Positions 28,191-37,356 of a stretch of DNA of 64,000 bases are shown one piece after another (the first letter of the stretch is position 1; every line of letters starts with the position of its first letter). The notes beneath the pieces were generated by a model, which was not told the origin of the DNA, did not search any database, and saw nothing but the letters and a program-made list of their open reading frames with translations. Source of the DNA: Chloroflexota bacterium (GTDB lineage Bacteria; Chloroflexota; Limnocylindria; Limnocylindrales; CSP1-4); assembly GCA_037446495.1 (NCBI GenBank), contig JBBIIL010000003.1, positions 10,757 through 74,756 on the forward strand, given 5' to 3'. The translations under genes were made by a program, and so were the position numbers.

Positions 28191-28682
28191 CTACCGGTAG
28201 TTCTCGAACTGGAGCGGCACGGACTCGTCAAGCTCCCGCAGGCGCCCGATGACCTTCTGCAGCTCGTCCTTGCTCTTGCCCGCGACCCGGACGGCATCGC
28301 CCTGGACCCGCGGCTGGACCTTCGGGAACTCGTCCCGGATGAGCTTGACGATCTTGCGGGCCAAGTCGTCTGAGAGCCCGCGGCGCAGCTCGATCTCCTG
28401 GCGAACCTTGGTGCCGCCCGCCGGGAGCACGTCGCCCCAGTCGAAGATCTTGAGCGAGAGGTTGCGGCGGACGGCCTTGGACTCGACGAGGTCGCGGACG
28501 GCCTTGGCGTGCATGTCGCTGTCGGTCACCAGGACCAGGCGGGTCTTCTCCTGCACGAGATCGACGTGCGCGCCCTTGAGGTCGTAGCGCTGCACGACCT
28601 CGCGCCGAACCTGGTCAAGCGCGTTGCGGAGCTCCTGCTCGTCGAAGTCCGACACCACGTCGAACGAGACCTCGCCCGCCAT
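28191..28682 (-). CDS. yajQ: YajQ-family (UPF0234) nucleotide/c-di-GMP-binding protein
   Basis: MAGEVSFDVVSDFDEQELRNALDQVRREVVQRYDLKG...LSLKIFDWGDV...GKSKDELQ matches YajQ end to end. Confidence 0.85.
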   Translation of the reverse strand: MAGEVSFDVVSDFDEQELRNALDQVRREVVQRYDLKGAHVDLVQEKTRLVLVTDSDMHAKAVRDLVESKAVRRNLSLKIFDWGDVLPAGGTKVRQEIELRRGLSDDLARKIVKLIRDEFPKVQPRVQGDAVRVAGKSKDELQKVIGRLRELDESVPLQFENYR

Positions 28683-28694
28683 CGGCTTCCCCTT

Positions 28695-29081
28695 CTAGTC
28701 CGCGAGGTGCTCGCGGGTCACCGTCCAGAGCCGCAGGCGCGCGATGCGCCCGTCCTCTCCAACCTCGGCGGAGAGGAAGCCTGCCTGCCGGACCTTCGCC
28801 CCGTCGGGGCTCCGTGTCCAGCTGGCGCGCCAAGCCGCGAGGGCCGTGTCCCCCGAGACCCAGTGACGCTCGATCGCCAGCTCGTACCAGCGCTCCGCGT
28901 CCGCCGCTTCCAGCAAGTATGCCCGCAGGCCGTTGTGCCCGACGAGCGGTGCCGCGAACGGGTCCACGATGACCTCCGCGTCCGGCGTGAACAGGGCGGT
29001 CAGCTCATCGCCGTCATGGGCGGAGCGGGCGCGGACGTAGGCATCGAGCAGGTCGCCGGCCGCCGCGTATCCCAGGGTCAT
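28695..29081 (-). CDS. NTF2-like / SnoaL-like domain protein
   Basis: 128 aa: DLLDAYVRARSAHDGDELTALFTPDAEVIVDPF...WVSGDTALAAW, a ketosteroid-isomerase-like fold signature. Confidence 0.55.
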   Translation of the reverse strand: MTLGYAAAGDLLDAYVRARSAHDGDELTALFTPDAEVIVDPFAAPLVGHNGLRAYLLEAADAERWYELAIERHWVSGDTALAAWRASWTRSPDGAKVRQAGFLSAEVGEDGRIARLRLWTVTREHLAD

Positions 29082-30592
29082 CGGGCTGCGAGGTGCAGGA
29101 GCAGGAGCTCGCCGATGCGGTACGAGCGGCCGCCGCCCATCACCAGGACAGCGTCGCCCTCGCGGACCACGGTCGCCAGCCAGTGCGCGGTGGCCTCCAC
29201 CGAGCCCGGGGCTGCCACGGGGATCGCCGGGTTCCGCCTCGCAACAGCGTCGGCCAGCCCCGCCGCCGAGGCCACGGTGGTGTCCTGGTCGCGGCCCGCC
29301 CAGATGTCGGCGATCACCACGGCGTCAGCGGCAGCCAGTGCATCCGCGAACGGTTCGAGCAGGGCAGCGGTGCGATGGAAGGTCAGGGGCTCGTACACGG
29401 CCCAGACCCGGCGCCCCGGAGCGCGCTGGCGGACCGCGGCGAGCGTCTCGCGGATGGCCGTGGGGTGGTGGCCGTAGTCGTCGTACACGACGACGCCCCT
29501 CGCCTCGCCCTTGCACTCCAGGCGGCGGCCCACGCCGGGGAACGTCTCCAGCGCAGCGATGACGTCGCGGATGTCGTGCCCGGTCGCCACACAGGCGCCG
29601 ATGACGCCCAGGGCGTTGGACGCGTTGTGGCGGCCGGCGGTGGGCAGGCGGGCGTCGTGGTCTGCGGCGCCGACCACGACCCTCACCGTCGTGCCGTCCG
29701 AGTCCGCGGCAGTGATGTGGCCCGCCACGTCCGCATCGCCCGGCAGCGGGTCCAGGGCAATGCGCAGGACTCGTCCGGGCCAGTCCCCGAGGCGGCCCAC
29801 GACCTCCGCCACGCCCGCGTCGCCGACATTCGCCACCAGCACGGGCCGGCGGGCGCCCGGAGCGCGACCCTCGGCAGCCCGCCGGATCCACGCCTCGAAC
29901 GCGCCGATCACCGCCCGGCGGTCCGCGAACACGTCGGGATGGTCCCACTCGGCCGACGTGAGCACGATGAGGTCGGGGCGGAACGGGTCGAAGTTGCCGG
30001 CGTACTCGTCGGCCTCCACCACGAAGGCCTCCCCTGCCCCGCGCCGGGCCGTGGCCGCCACGCCGATCCCGGTGGTGGCCGCCGGCAGCAGCGCGCCGAC
30101 GAACGCGCCCGGGTCCGCCCCGAGGCCCGCCAGCGTGTGCACGAGCCAGCCTGCGGTGGTGCTCTTGCCGTGCGTGCCCGCCACGCCCAGGAGGAGCCGG
30201 CCGTGGGCCGCGTCCGCGACGACCTGCTGCCAGGGCTCGAGCGCCACGCCAGCGGCCCGGGCGGCGCGGAGCTCCTCGTTGTCGGGGTCGATGGCGGTGA
30301 GCGCCTTGGTCACCCCGAGGCGGGCCGGGCGCCGCGGGCCGAGGACATGCGCCGCGTCGTGGGCTGGTGCCACGGGCACCCCGACGGCGTCCAGCGCAGC
30401 CGCGTACTGGCTTGGGCCGCCGGGGTCGCAGCCGTCCACGTCCGCGCCAGCCCACGCCGCCAAGAGGGCCGCTGCAGAGGCCCCGGCGCCGTGCGCACCG
30501 ACGATGTGGATTCGCTCGCCCGGGGCGATGGCGCGCGCTGACCGAGCGGGCGCCAGGCCGGCGCCGATCTCGGCCTTGTCCCGAACGCTCAC
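29078..30592 (-). CDS. Mur ligase family protein (MurC/Mpl-like)
   Basis: N-terminal IHIVGAHGAGASAAALL...VDGCD. Central P-loop GVAGTHGKSTTAGWL. DEYAGNFDP and GRHNASNALGVIGA motifs. The GTG start overlaps the cinA stop (GTGA). The first approximately 135 codons of the maximal ORF overlap cinA and are not coding. Confidence 0.75.
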   Translation of the reverse strand: MSVRDKAEIGAGLAPARSARAIAPGERIHIVGAHGAGASAAALLAAWAGADVDGCDPGGPSQYAAALDAVGVPVAPAHDAAHVLGPRRPARLGVTKALTAIDPDNEELRAARAAGVALEPWQQVVADAAHGRLLLGVAGTHGKSTTAGWLVHTLAGLGADPGAFVGALLPAATTGIGVAATARRGAGEAFVVEADEYAGNFDPFRPDLIVLTSAEWDHPDVFADRRAVIGAFEAWIRRAAEGRAPGARRPVLVANVGDAGVAEVVGRLGDWPGRVLRIALDPLPGDADVAGHITAADSDGTTVRVVVGAADHDARLPTAGRHNASNALGVIGACVATGHDIRDVIAALETFPGVGRRLECKGEARGVVVYDDYGHHPTAIRETLAAVRQRAPGRRVWAVYEPLTFHRTAALLEPFADALAAADAVVIADIWAGRDQDTTVASAAGLADAVARRNPAIPVAAPGSVEATAHWLATVVREGDAVLVMGGGRSYRIGELLLLHLAAR

Positions 30593-31080
30593 GGGTGTGC
30601 CTCTGCGGCCTCGATCAGCATCAGGAGCGCCGCCTCGGCACTCGCGCGCTTGTTGCCCTCGCGGTCGTGCGGCCACAGGAACCGCCGGACCACCGGCTCC
30701 GAACCCCCAGCGACCGCCACATAGACCAACCCCACGGGCTTCGCGTCGGTGCCGCCGTCGGGGCCGGCGACGCCGGTCACGCCCGTCCCGAGGTCTGCCC
30801 CGAGGCGGGTGCGCACGCCCTCGGCCATCGCCACGGCAACCTGAGCGGAGACCGCCCCGTGCGAGCTCAGGGCGTCCTCTGCGACGCCAAGCACGGCCCG
30901 CTTCACGTCGTCGCTGTACGCCACCACGCCGCCGCGGAGATACCCGGACGAGCCAGGCACCTCCGTGATCAGGTGGGCGACCAGGCCCCCCGTGCACGAT
31001 TCCGCAGTGGCGACGGTGAGTCCCCGGGCCAGACAGGCGTCCTGGAGCCGGCGGGCGTGCCCGACCAGTCGGTCGGCCAC
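30589..31080 (-). CDS. cinA: CinA-family C-terminal-domain protein (nicotinamide-nucleotide amidohydrolase PncC-like)
   Basis: LTVATAESCTGGLVAHLITEVPGSSGYLRGGVVAYSDDVKRAVLGV is the CinA_C signature. Confidence 0.85.
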   Translation of the reverse strand: MADRLVGHARRLQDACLARGLTVATAESCTGGLVAHLITEVPGSSGYLRGGVVAYSDDVKRAVLGVAEDALSSHGAVSAQVAVAMAEGVRTRLGADLGTGVTGVAGPDGGTDAKPVGLVYVAVAGGSEPVVRRFLWPHDREGNKRASAEAALLMLIEAAEAHP

Positions 31081-31081
31081 G

Positions 31082-32512
31082 TCAGGTGCGGTTCGTCTGC
31101 TTCGGCGCGTTCGGCGGCGCGAACAGCCAGGTCTCGGGGTTGCCCGCAGCGCTCATGTGCCCGAGGCTCTGCCCGTTGAGCGTGAAGTACGTCGCGCTCG
31201 ACATGCCGGTGCGAACCTCGATCGTGTGCTGGGCGGTGAAGGTCAGCACCTTGCCCGGGTCGAACACGACGCCCGCGGCGCCGGTGACCGGCGAGAGGGT
31301 TCCATCCACCCAGACCTTCAGCCAGGCGCGCGCGCCCTTGACCTGGATCTGCAGGTTGACGCCCTGGAACTGGATCGAGACTTGGCGGGTGATCGTCGTG
31401 GCCTTCCCGTCAGCGGACATGGCCGTGACCACGACGGCCCAGTTGCCCGCGGTGAGCGTGAGTGGCGTCTGGAACGAGCCGTCCGCCCCGACGTCAACGG
31501 TCACCGGCCCCACGTCTGGTGTGGTGGCGGGCGAGGGCGAGGGCGAGGGCGAGGCAGGCGAGGCTCCGGGCGCGGCAGAAGGCGCGGGTCTAGCCGAGGG
31601 CGAGGGCGAGGGCGAGGCCGTGCCGGTCGTGACGCGGTTCGCGGACACCGTCACCTTGGCCGCGTTGGTGGTGCTGCCGTTCACCGGGATGGCACCGTTG
31701 GAGAACTGGGCTCCATCTGCCGGGGAGTCGAGCGTGAGCGTGGGCGCCTCGACCACGGTGACCGGGACGGTGATGAACAGCTTGATGGTGGTGTCGGAGT
31801 TCTTGCCGGTCTCGGGATCCACCGCGCTGACGTCGAACTCGTTGCGGCCCCGACGGAGCTGGACGTCCGCCGACCACCGCCCGGTCCCGTCGGCCGAGGT
31901 GTTGTAGGGCTGGTCCAGGCCCGGATCCTTGATCGTGACCGTGCCACCGGGGATGGTCGTGCCGTGGAGGGTGTACGAGGTCGTCCCGTCGGCGACGCTC
32001 AGGACCGCCTGCGGCGGGTCGGTGACCGAGATCGTGGGAGGCTTGTTGTAGCGCAGGAGCTGCGAGCCGATGTACGCGCCGAACAGGCCGATCACCACGA
32101 CCAGCAGCCCGGCAACGATCACCACCGGCGAGATGGTGAATCCCTGGCGCGGCGCCTCGAGCGGGCGGGGCACGTTGAGCACGGGCTCGGCGGGGAGGGA
32201 CAAGTCACCCCGCTCCCGCTTCCACTGGCGCGTGACGTCCTCGGGGTCGAGGCCCAGGTACAGGGCGTAGTTGCGCAGGAACCCCTTCGTGTACACGGCG
32301 CCCGGCAGGTCGGCGTAGTCACCCGACTCGAGCGAGGCGAGGTACCGGGCACGGATCTTGGTCTCGCGCTCGGCGCGCAGCAGGTCAACGCCCTTTCGCT
32401 CGCGGGCGGCGACGAGTCGCTCGGGCAGCGTCGGACCGGCCTCGGGCGCATAGGCCCGGTCGCCGTCTCGTCCCTCGGCGCGTCCCCGCCGTGCCTCGTC
32501 GCGAGCCGTCAT
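31082..32512 (-). CDS. rodZ: RodZ-like HTH (XRE) domain cytoskeletal protein with DUF4115-like C-terminus
   Basis: ERLVAARERKGVDLLRAERETKIRARYLASLESGDYADLPGAVYTKGFLRNYALYLGLD, then a TM segment and an SPSPSPS-rich linker. Confidence 0.75.
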   Translation of the reverse strand: MTARDEARRGRAEGRDGDRAYAPEAGPTLPERLVAARERKGVDLLRAERETKIRARYLASLESGDYADLPGAVYTKGFLRNYALYLGLDPEDVTRQWKRERGDLSLPAEPVLNVPRPLEAPRQGFTISPVVIVAGLLVVVIGLFGAYIGSQLLRYNKPPTISVTDPPQAVLSVADGTTSYTLHGTTIPGGTVTIKDPGLDQPYNTSADGTGRWSADVQLRRGRNEFDVSAVDPETGKNSDTTIKLFITVPVTVVEAPTLTLDSPADGAQFSNGAIPVNGSTTNAAKVTVSANRVTTGTASPSPSPSARPAPSAAPGASPASPSPSPSPATTPDVGPVTVDVGADGSFQTPLTLTAGNWAVVVTAMSADGKATTITRQVSIQFQGVNLQIQVKGARAWLKVWVDGTLSPVTGAAGVVFDPGKVLTFTAQHTIEVRTGMSSATYFTLNGQSLGHMSAAGNPETWLFAPPNAPKQTNRT

Positions 32513-34887
32513 GCACCGTCCTCGTCAGCGGCGGTCGCCCCGTCGTCACGGCGGAGGACCATCCGGGCGTTCGAGCCGTCGAACGCCCCCACGTAGCCGC
32601 GCGCCTCGAGCTGGTCGACGATGCGGGCGGCGCGCGCGTACCCGATCTTGAGGCGTCGCTGCAGCAGGGACGCCGAGGCACGATCGTACTCCCGGATCAC
32701 CGAAACGGCATCCATGAGCAGCCGGTCGGCCTCCTCGTCGGCGAGCTGGTCCACCGATCCGGTGGACTCCTCGTCGGAGGTGATGATCGAGAGGTCGTAG
32801 TGCGGGTCGCCCGCGAGCTCCCGCCAGTGGGCGGTGACGCGGCCGATCTCCGGGTCCGAGACGAACACGCCCTGCAGCCGCATCGGGCGGGGCAGGTCCG
32901 ACGGCTGGTAGAGCATGTCGCCGCGACCGATCAGGTCCTCCGCCCCGGGCGCGTCGAGGATCGTGCGGCTGTCGATCTGGCTCGCCATGGCGAACGCGAT
33001 CCGGGACGGGAAGTTGGCCTTGATCAGGCCCGTGACCACGTTGACCGACGGCCGCTGCGTGGCCAGGACCATGTGGATCCCGGTGGCGCGCGCCTTCTGG
33101 GCGAGCCGCACGATCGGGTCCTCCACGTTCTTGCCCTCGCGCATCATGAGGTCCGCGAGCTCGTCGATGACGACCACGATGTACGGCAGCCGGTCCGCGG
33201 GGTCGGCGCGACCGTCGTTGTACGCCTTGATGTTCCGGGCGGCCGCGCCGGCGAACTTGCGGTACCGGCTCTCCATCTCGGTCACGGCCCACTTGAGGGC
33301 CGCCTTCGCCCGCTCGGGCTCGGTGATGACCGGGACCAGCAGGTGCGGCAGCCCGTTGTAGGCGGCCAGCTCCACGCGCTTGAGGTCCATCAGGATCATC
33401 CGGACCTCGTCCGGCTTCGCGTTGCACAGCAGGCTCGTGATCAGCGCGTTGACCATCACGCTCTTGCCCGAGCCGGTGGCCCCCGCGATGAGCAGGTGCG
33501 GCATCCGGGCGAGGTCCACGGCCATCGCCTTGCCCGCGACGTCGCGGCCGAGCGCGAAGGTGAGGCGCGAGCCCGAGGCGGCGAAGTCCACCTCCTCGAG
33601 GATCCGCCGCAGCGCGACGATGTTGAACTCCTTGTTCGGGATCTCGATGCCCACGGCGCTCTTGCCCGGGATCGGGGCCTCAATCCGGATGCTGCGGGCG
33701 GCGAGCGCCATCGAGAGGTCGTCCTGGAGGGCCTCGATCCGGCTCAGCTTGATGTGGGCGGCGGGCGACACCTCGTACTGCGTCACCACCGGCCCGGCGT
33801 TGCGGCCCGTGATCCGGGCCTCGATGTCGAAGCTCTTGAGCTTCTCGATGATCTTGGCCTCGTTCCAGGCGTGGACCGCGTCGGCACTCGCGCCAGCGGC
33901 CGCCGTGGGGACCTCGCTCAAATCGAGCAGGTCGTGGGGCGGCAGGACCCACGCGATCTCGGGCCGACCGGCGGTCGAGTCGCCTGCGTCGGTCACGTCG
34001 TCGGGGTCGCGCAGCGCCGGGCTCGGCGGTGCCGCCACCGTGGGCGCGCTGCCCGGCACCCGCTGTGGCGCGAACGTGGCGGAGGTCGGCACTTGGCCCT
34101 GCGGCGACGGGCCGAGCAGGTCGGCAGGCTGGTCCTGTCCGAAGGCGCCGGTCTGCCCGGGCGCCTCTCCCGGCGCGAGACGCGGCATGCGGCTGCGCCG
34201 GATCCCGCCCTGCGCGGTGCCTTCGTCGATGGCGACCGCGCCGGCGGCCGCCGTCCGCCCGTTGGCTGCGGTGCGAGCGCCGCCGCCCAGCTCCACGGCC
34301 GGCCGCGCCGAGGCGACCGTGGTCGTGATGGACTTGCCAGCCCCGAGCACCGGGTCGACCAGGGCCCGCAGCGGCCTCTGGATCACGATGAGGGTGGAGG
34401 CAATCGTGATCCCGGCCAGCACGACGAACGTGATCGGGTCGCCGAGGACCCTGTCCAGGCTGCTGGCGATCGCGGTGCCGATCCTCCCGCCCCCCCGGAC
34501 CGGCAGGAACTCGAGGAGCCCGAGGAACGAGAGGTAGCCGACGCCGCCGGCGACGAACCGCCACTGCCAGCCCGCCGGCGGCGCGCTCCCCCACTCGACG
34601 TAGGCGCCGCCGCCGATCAGCAGAACCGGCAGCAGGTAGCGACCCGTCCCGAACAGCGGGTTCACGGTCTTCTGGGCCCACTCGGTCAGCGTTCCCTGCT
34701 GGGCGGGCAGGAAGATCATGATCAGGACCACGGCGCCCGTGACCAGGAGGACGAGCCCGAACAGCGACCGTGCGACCTCCGGGTTGACCACGACCGCGGG
34801 CAGCCCGAAGGCGCTCGTCGACGTGGACGTCTTCGTCCGTCGCTTCGCGCTGGTTGTGCGGGCCGGCGTCCGGCGGCGCTGGGCCAA
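32509..34887 (-). CDS. ftsK: DNA translocase FtsK/SpoIIIE
   Basis: N-terminal TMs. Motor domain PHLLIAGATGSGKSVMVNALITSLL...VVVIDELADLMM. C-terminal gamma wHTH domain. Confidence 0.9.
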   Translation of the reverse strand: MAQRRRTPARTTSAKRRTKTSTSTSAFGLPAVVVNPEVARSLFGLVLLVTGAVVLIMIFLPAQQGTLTEWAQKTVNPLFGTGRYLLPVLLIGGGAYVEWGSAPPAGWQWRFVAGGVGYLSFLGLLEFLPVRGGGRIGTAIASSLDRVLGDPITFVVLAGITIASTLIVIQRPLRALVDPVLGAGKSITTTVASARPAVELGGGARTAANGRTAAAGAVAIDEGTAQGGIRRSRMPRLAPGEAPGQTGAFGQDQPADLLGPSPQGQVPTSATFAPQRVPGSAPTVAAPPSPALRDPDDVTDAGDSTAGRPEIAWVLPPHDLLDLSEVPTAAAGASADAVHAWNEAKIIEKLKSFDIEARITGRNAGPVVTQYEVSPAAHIKLSRIEALQDDLSMALAARSIRIEAPIPGKSAVGIEIPNKEFNIVALRRILEEVDFAASGSRLTFALGRDVAGKAMAVDLARMPHLLIAGATGSGKSVMVNALITSLLCNAKPDEVRMILMDLKRVELAAYNGLPHLLVPVITEPERAKAALKWAVTEMESRYRKFAGAAARNIKAYNDGRADPADRLPYIVVVIDELADLMMREGKNVEDPIVRLAQKARATGIHMVLATQRPSVNVVTGLIKANFPSRIAFAMASQIDSRTILDAPGAEDLIGRGDMLYQPSDLPRPMRLQGVFVSDPEIGRVTAHWRELAGDPHYDLSIITSDEESTGSVDQLADEEADRLLMDAVSVIREYDRASASLLQRRLKIGYARAARIVDQLEARGYVGAFDGSNARMVLRRDDGATAADEDGA

Positions 34888-34890
34888 GGC

Positions 34891-36558
34891 CTAGACCTCC
34901 ACCACGACGGGGAACACCATCGGGCGGCGCTTGGTCTGCTCGTACAGGAAGCGCGACACGCCGTCCTTGATCCGGACCTTGAGCAGCGCTGTCTCGGAGA
35001 TGCGGTCGCCCGGGCTGTCCATCACGTCGCGGATCCGGCGGATGGCCTCCTCGATGATGGGGTCCTCCTCGTTGCCGTGGACGAAGCCGCGGGTGATGAT
35101 CTCGGGCCGCCCCACCACGCGCCCGGTCTGCTTGTCCACCGTGACGACGACCATGAACATCCCGTCGTTGGCAAGGGCGCGCCGGTCGCGCAGGACGACG
35201 TCGCCCACTTCGCCCACCGAGAGCCCGTCCACGTAGACGTAGCCGGCCGTCACCGGTGTGCCTCGGCGGGCGGAGCCGTCGGGCAGGATCTCGATCGGCA
35301 TGCCGTTCTCGATGATGAACACGTTCTCCGGCTTGACGCCGGTCTCGATGGCCAGCCGCCCGTGCTGGACCTGCATCCGGAACTCGCCGTGCATCGGGAT
35401 GAAGTGCTTGGGCTTGGTGAGCCCGAGCATCAGCTTGAGCTCCTCCTGGCTGGCGTGGCCCGAGACGTGGGCGCGCTTGATCGTGTGGTAGTAGACGTTC
35501 GCGCCCGACTTGAACAGGTTGTCGATAGTCCGGGCCACGTACTCCTCGTTGCCCGGGATGGGGCTGGCGGAGACGATCACCGTGTCACCGGGCTGGATCT
35601 CCACGAACCGGTGGTCGCGGTTGGCCATGCGGGCGAGGCCCGACATCGGCTCGCCCTGGGCGCCGGTGGTGGCGATCACGGTCCGGTGCGCCGGGTGCTC
35701 GGCGATCTTGTCCTTGGGCAGCAGCTGCGACGGGGCGTACGTGAGGTAGCCCAGGTCCGTGGCGATGCGCGTGTTCTGCTCCATCGACCGGCCGACGACG
35801 GCGACCTGGCGGTTGAACGTGGCGGCAGCGTCGAAGACCTGCTGGATGCGCGCGATGTTGGACGCGAAGGTCGCGACGATCACGCGGCCGTCGAGGCCCT
35901 CCATGATCTCCCGGAAGGCCTCGCCCACCGTCCGCTCAGACGGCGTGTAGCCCGGGTTCTCGGCCCGCGTGGAGTCCGACAGCAGCGCGATCACCCCCTC
36001 CTCGCCCATGCGGGCGAGGGTGGCGAAGTCGGACAGCTTGCCGTCCACAGGGGTGTGGTCGAACTTGAAGTCGCCGGTGTGCACAACGACACCGACGGGG
36101 GTGCGAAGGGCGATGCCCATGGCGTCCGGGATCGAGTGGCCGATGCGGAACGGGATGGCCGTGAACGGCCCGATCTCGATCTCGTCGCCCGGCTCGAACG
36201 CGACCAGCGGGTTGTTGTGGAGCTTGTGCTCCTTGATCTTGTTGCCCAGCAGGCCGCGGGCCAGCTTGCTCGCGTAGACCGGGACGCCGGGGAACTCGGG
36301 CAGCACGTAGGGCAGGCCGCCGACGTGGTCCTCGTGGGCGTGCGTGATGAGGAAGGCCCGGACGTGGTCGCGACGCTCCTTGAGGTACGTCACGTCGGGC
36401 ACGACGAGGTCGATGCCGAACATCTCCTCGTCGGGGAACATCAGCCCGCAGTCGATCACGACGATGTCGTCGCCGTACTCGAACACGTAGCAGTTCTTGC
36501 CGATCTCGCCAACCCCGCCGAGGGGGATGATTCGCAGGGGTGTGCTCTCGTCAGGCAT
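34891..36558 (-). CDS. rnj: ribonuclease J
   Basis: LRIIPLGGVGEIGKNCYVFEYGDDIVVIDCG...ITHAHEDHVGGLPY: metallo-beta-lactamase/beta-CASP RNase J. Confidence 0.9.
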   Translation of the reverse strand: MPDESTPLRIIPLGGVGEIGKNCYVFEYGDDIVVIDCGLMFPDEEMFGIDLVVPDVTYLKERRDHVRAFLITHAHEDHVGGLPYVLPEFPGVPVYASKLARGLLGNKIKEHKLHNNPLVAFEPGDEIEIGPFTAIPFRIGHSIPDAMGIALRTPVGVVVHTGDFKFDHTPVDGKLSDFATLARMGEEGVIALLSDSTRAENPGYTPSERTVGEAFREIMEGLDGRVIVATFASNIARIQQVFDAAATFNRQVAVVGRSMEQNTRIATDLGYLTYAPSQLLPKDKIAEHPAHRTVIATTGAQGEPMSGLARMANRDHRFVEIQPGDTVIVSASPIPGNEEYVARTIDNLFKSGANVYYHTIKRAHVSGHASQEELKLMLGLTKPKHFIPMHGEFRMQVQHGRLAIETGVKPENVFIIENGMPIEILPDGSARRGTPVTAGYVYVDGLSVGEVGDVVLRDRRALANDGMFMVVVTVDKQTGRVVGRPEIITRGFVHGNEEDPIIEEAIRRIRDVMDSPGDRISETALLKVRIKDGVSRFLYEQTKRRPMVFPVVVEV

Positions 36559-36583
36559 CGGTCGTCCGTCTCGCTCCGTGGGG

Positions 36584-37356
36584 TCAGAACAGCGTGAGCT
36601 GGGACGCGTCGTCCGCGGGCGCGGGCGGCTCGACCGGCTTGGTGGGCGCGCTCGAGGTGGCCGGCGAGCCGGCGGGCGCGGGGACTCGGCTGGTGGCGGG
36701 CGCCGGGTTCAGCGCCGAGGTCGAGGCTGCCGCCGGCACAACTCCTGCGACGAGCCCGGCCCTGTGGTCGCGGGACCGCTGGAGAACGTCGGGGACGCGG
36801 GCGATGTCCTCGTAGCTCTCGCGTTCGAGCGCGGGCGTGCGGAGGGCGGCGGCGGGGTGGTACATCGCGAACACGATGGCGTCGCGCGCCCCGGTGGCGG
36901 GGTCGGCGGGGGTCGCGGTCCCGTGGACCTGCCCGATCCGCGCGCCCGGCATGAACGTGCCCATCGAGTACCGGCCCAGGGTGACGACGACCGACGGGTC
37001 GAGCACCTCGAGCTGGCGGCGCAGGAACGGCGCGCAGGCGGCGATCTCGTCGTGCTCCGGGTCCCGGTTGTCCGGCGGGCGGCACTTCACGACGTTGGTG
37101 ATGAAGACGTCCTCCCGCTGCCAGCCCAGGCTCCCCAGGAGCTTCACGAGCAGGCCCCCGGCGCGCCCCACGAACGGGCGCCCCTCGCGGTCCTCGTTGA
37201 ATCCGGGGCCCTCGCCCACGAACACGACCTCGGTGTCGGGGTCGCCCTCGCCGGGCACGGCCCGCGTCCGTCCTTCGCTGAGGCGGCAGGCGGAGCATGC
37301 CCGGACCTCGTTCGCGATCTGCTCGAGCGCCGCACGGCGCTCGTCGCGGGTCACGC
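36584..37356 (-). CDS. uracil-DNA glycosylase, family 4, with Pro/Ala/Ser-rich C-terminal tail
   Basis: ACSACRL...VVFVGEGPGFNEDREGRPFVGRAGGLLVKLL...FITNVVKCRPPDNRDP are the family-4 UDG motifs. The GTG start overlaps the asd stop (GTGA). The upstream part of the 561-aa maximal ORF overlaps asd and is non-coding. Confidence 0.8.

Noticed and set aside
32491-36597. A 1368-aa plus-strand ORF, and similar giant antisense ORFs (9686..11704, 13835..16387, 61618..63903, 19616..21742).
   Set aside because: Their translations are Arg/Gly/Pro/Asp-rich low-complexity sequence with no domain motifs. They lie entirely antisense to well-supported genes (ftsK/rnj, MoxR/protease, AmmeMemoRadiSam, lipoproteins, ECF). 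They are the expected stop-codon-poor artefacts of DNA with roughly 70% GC.
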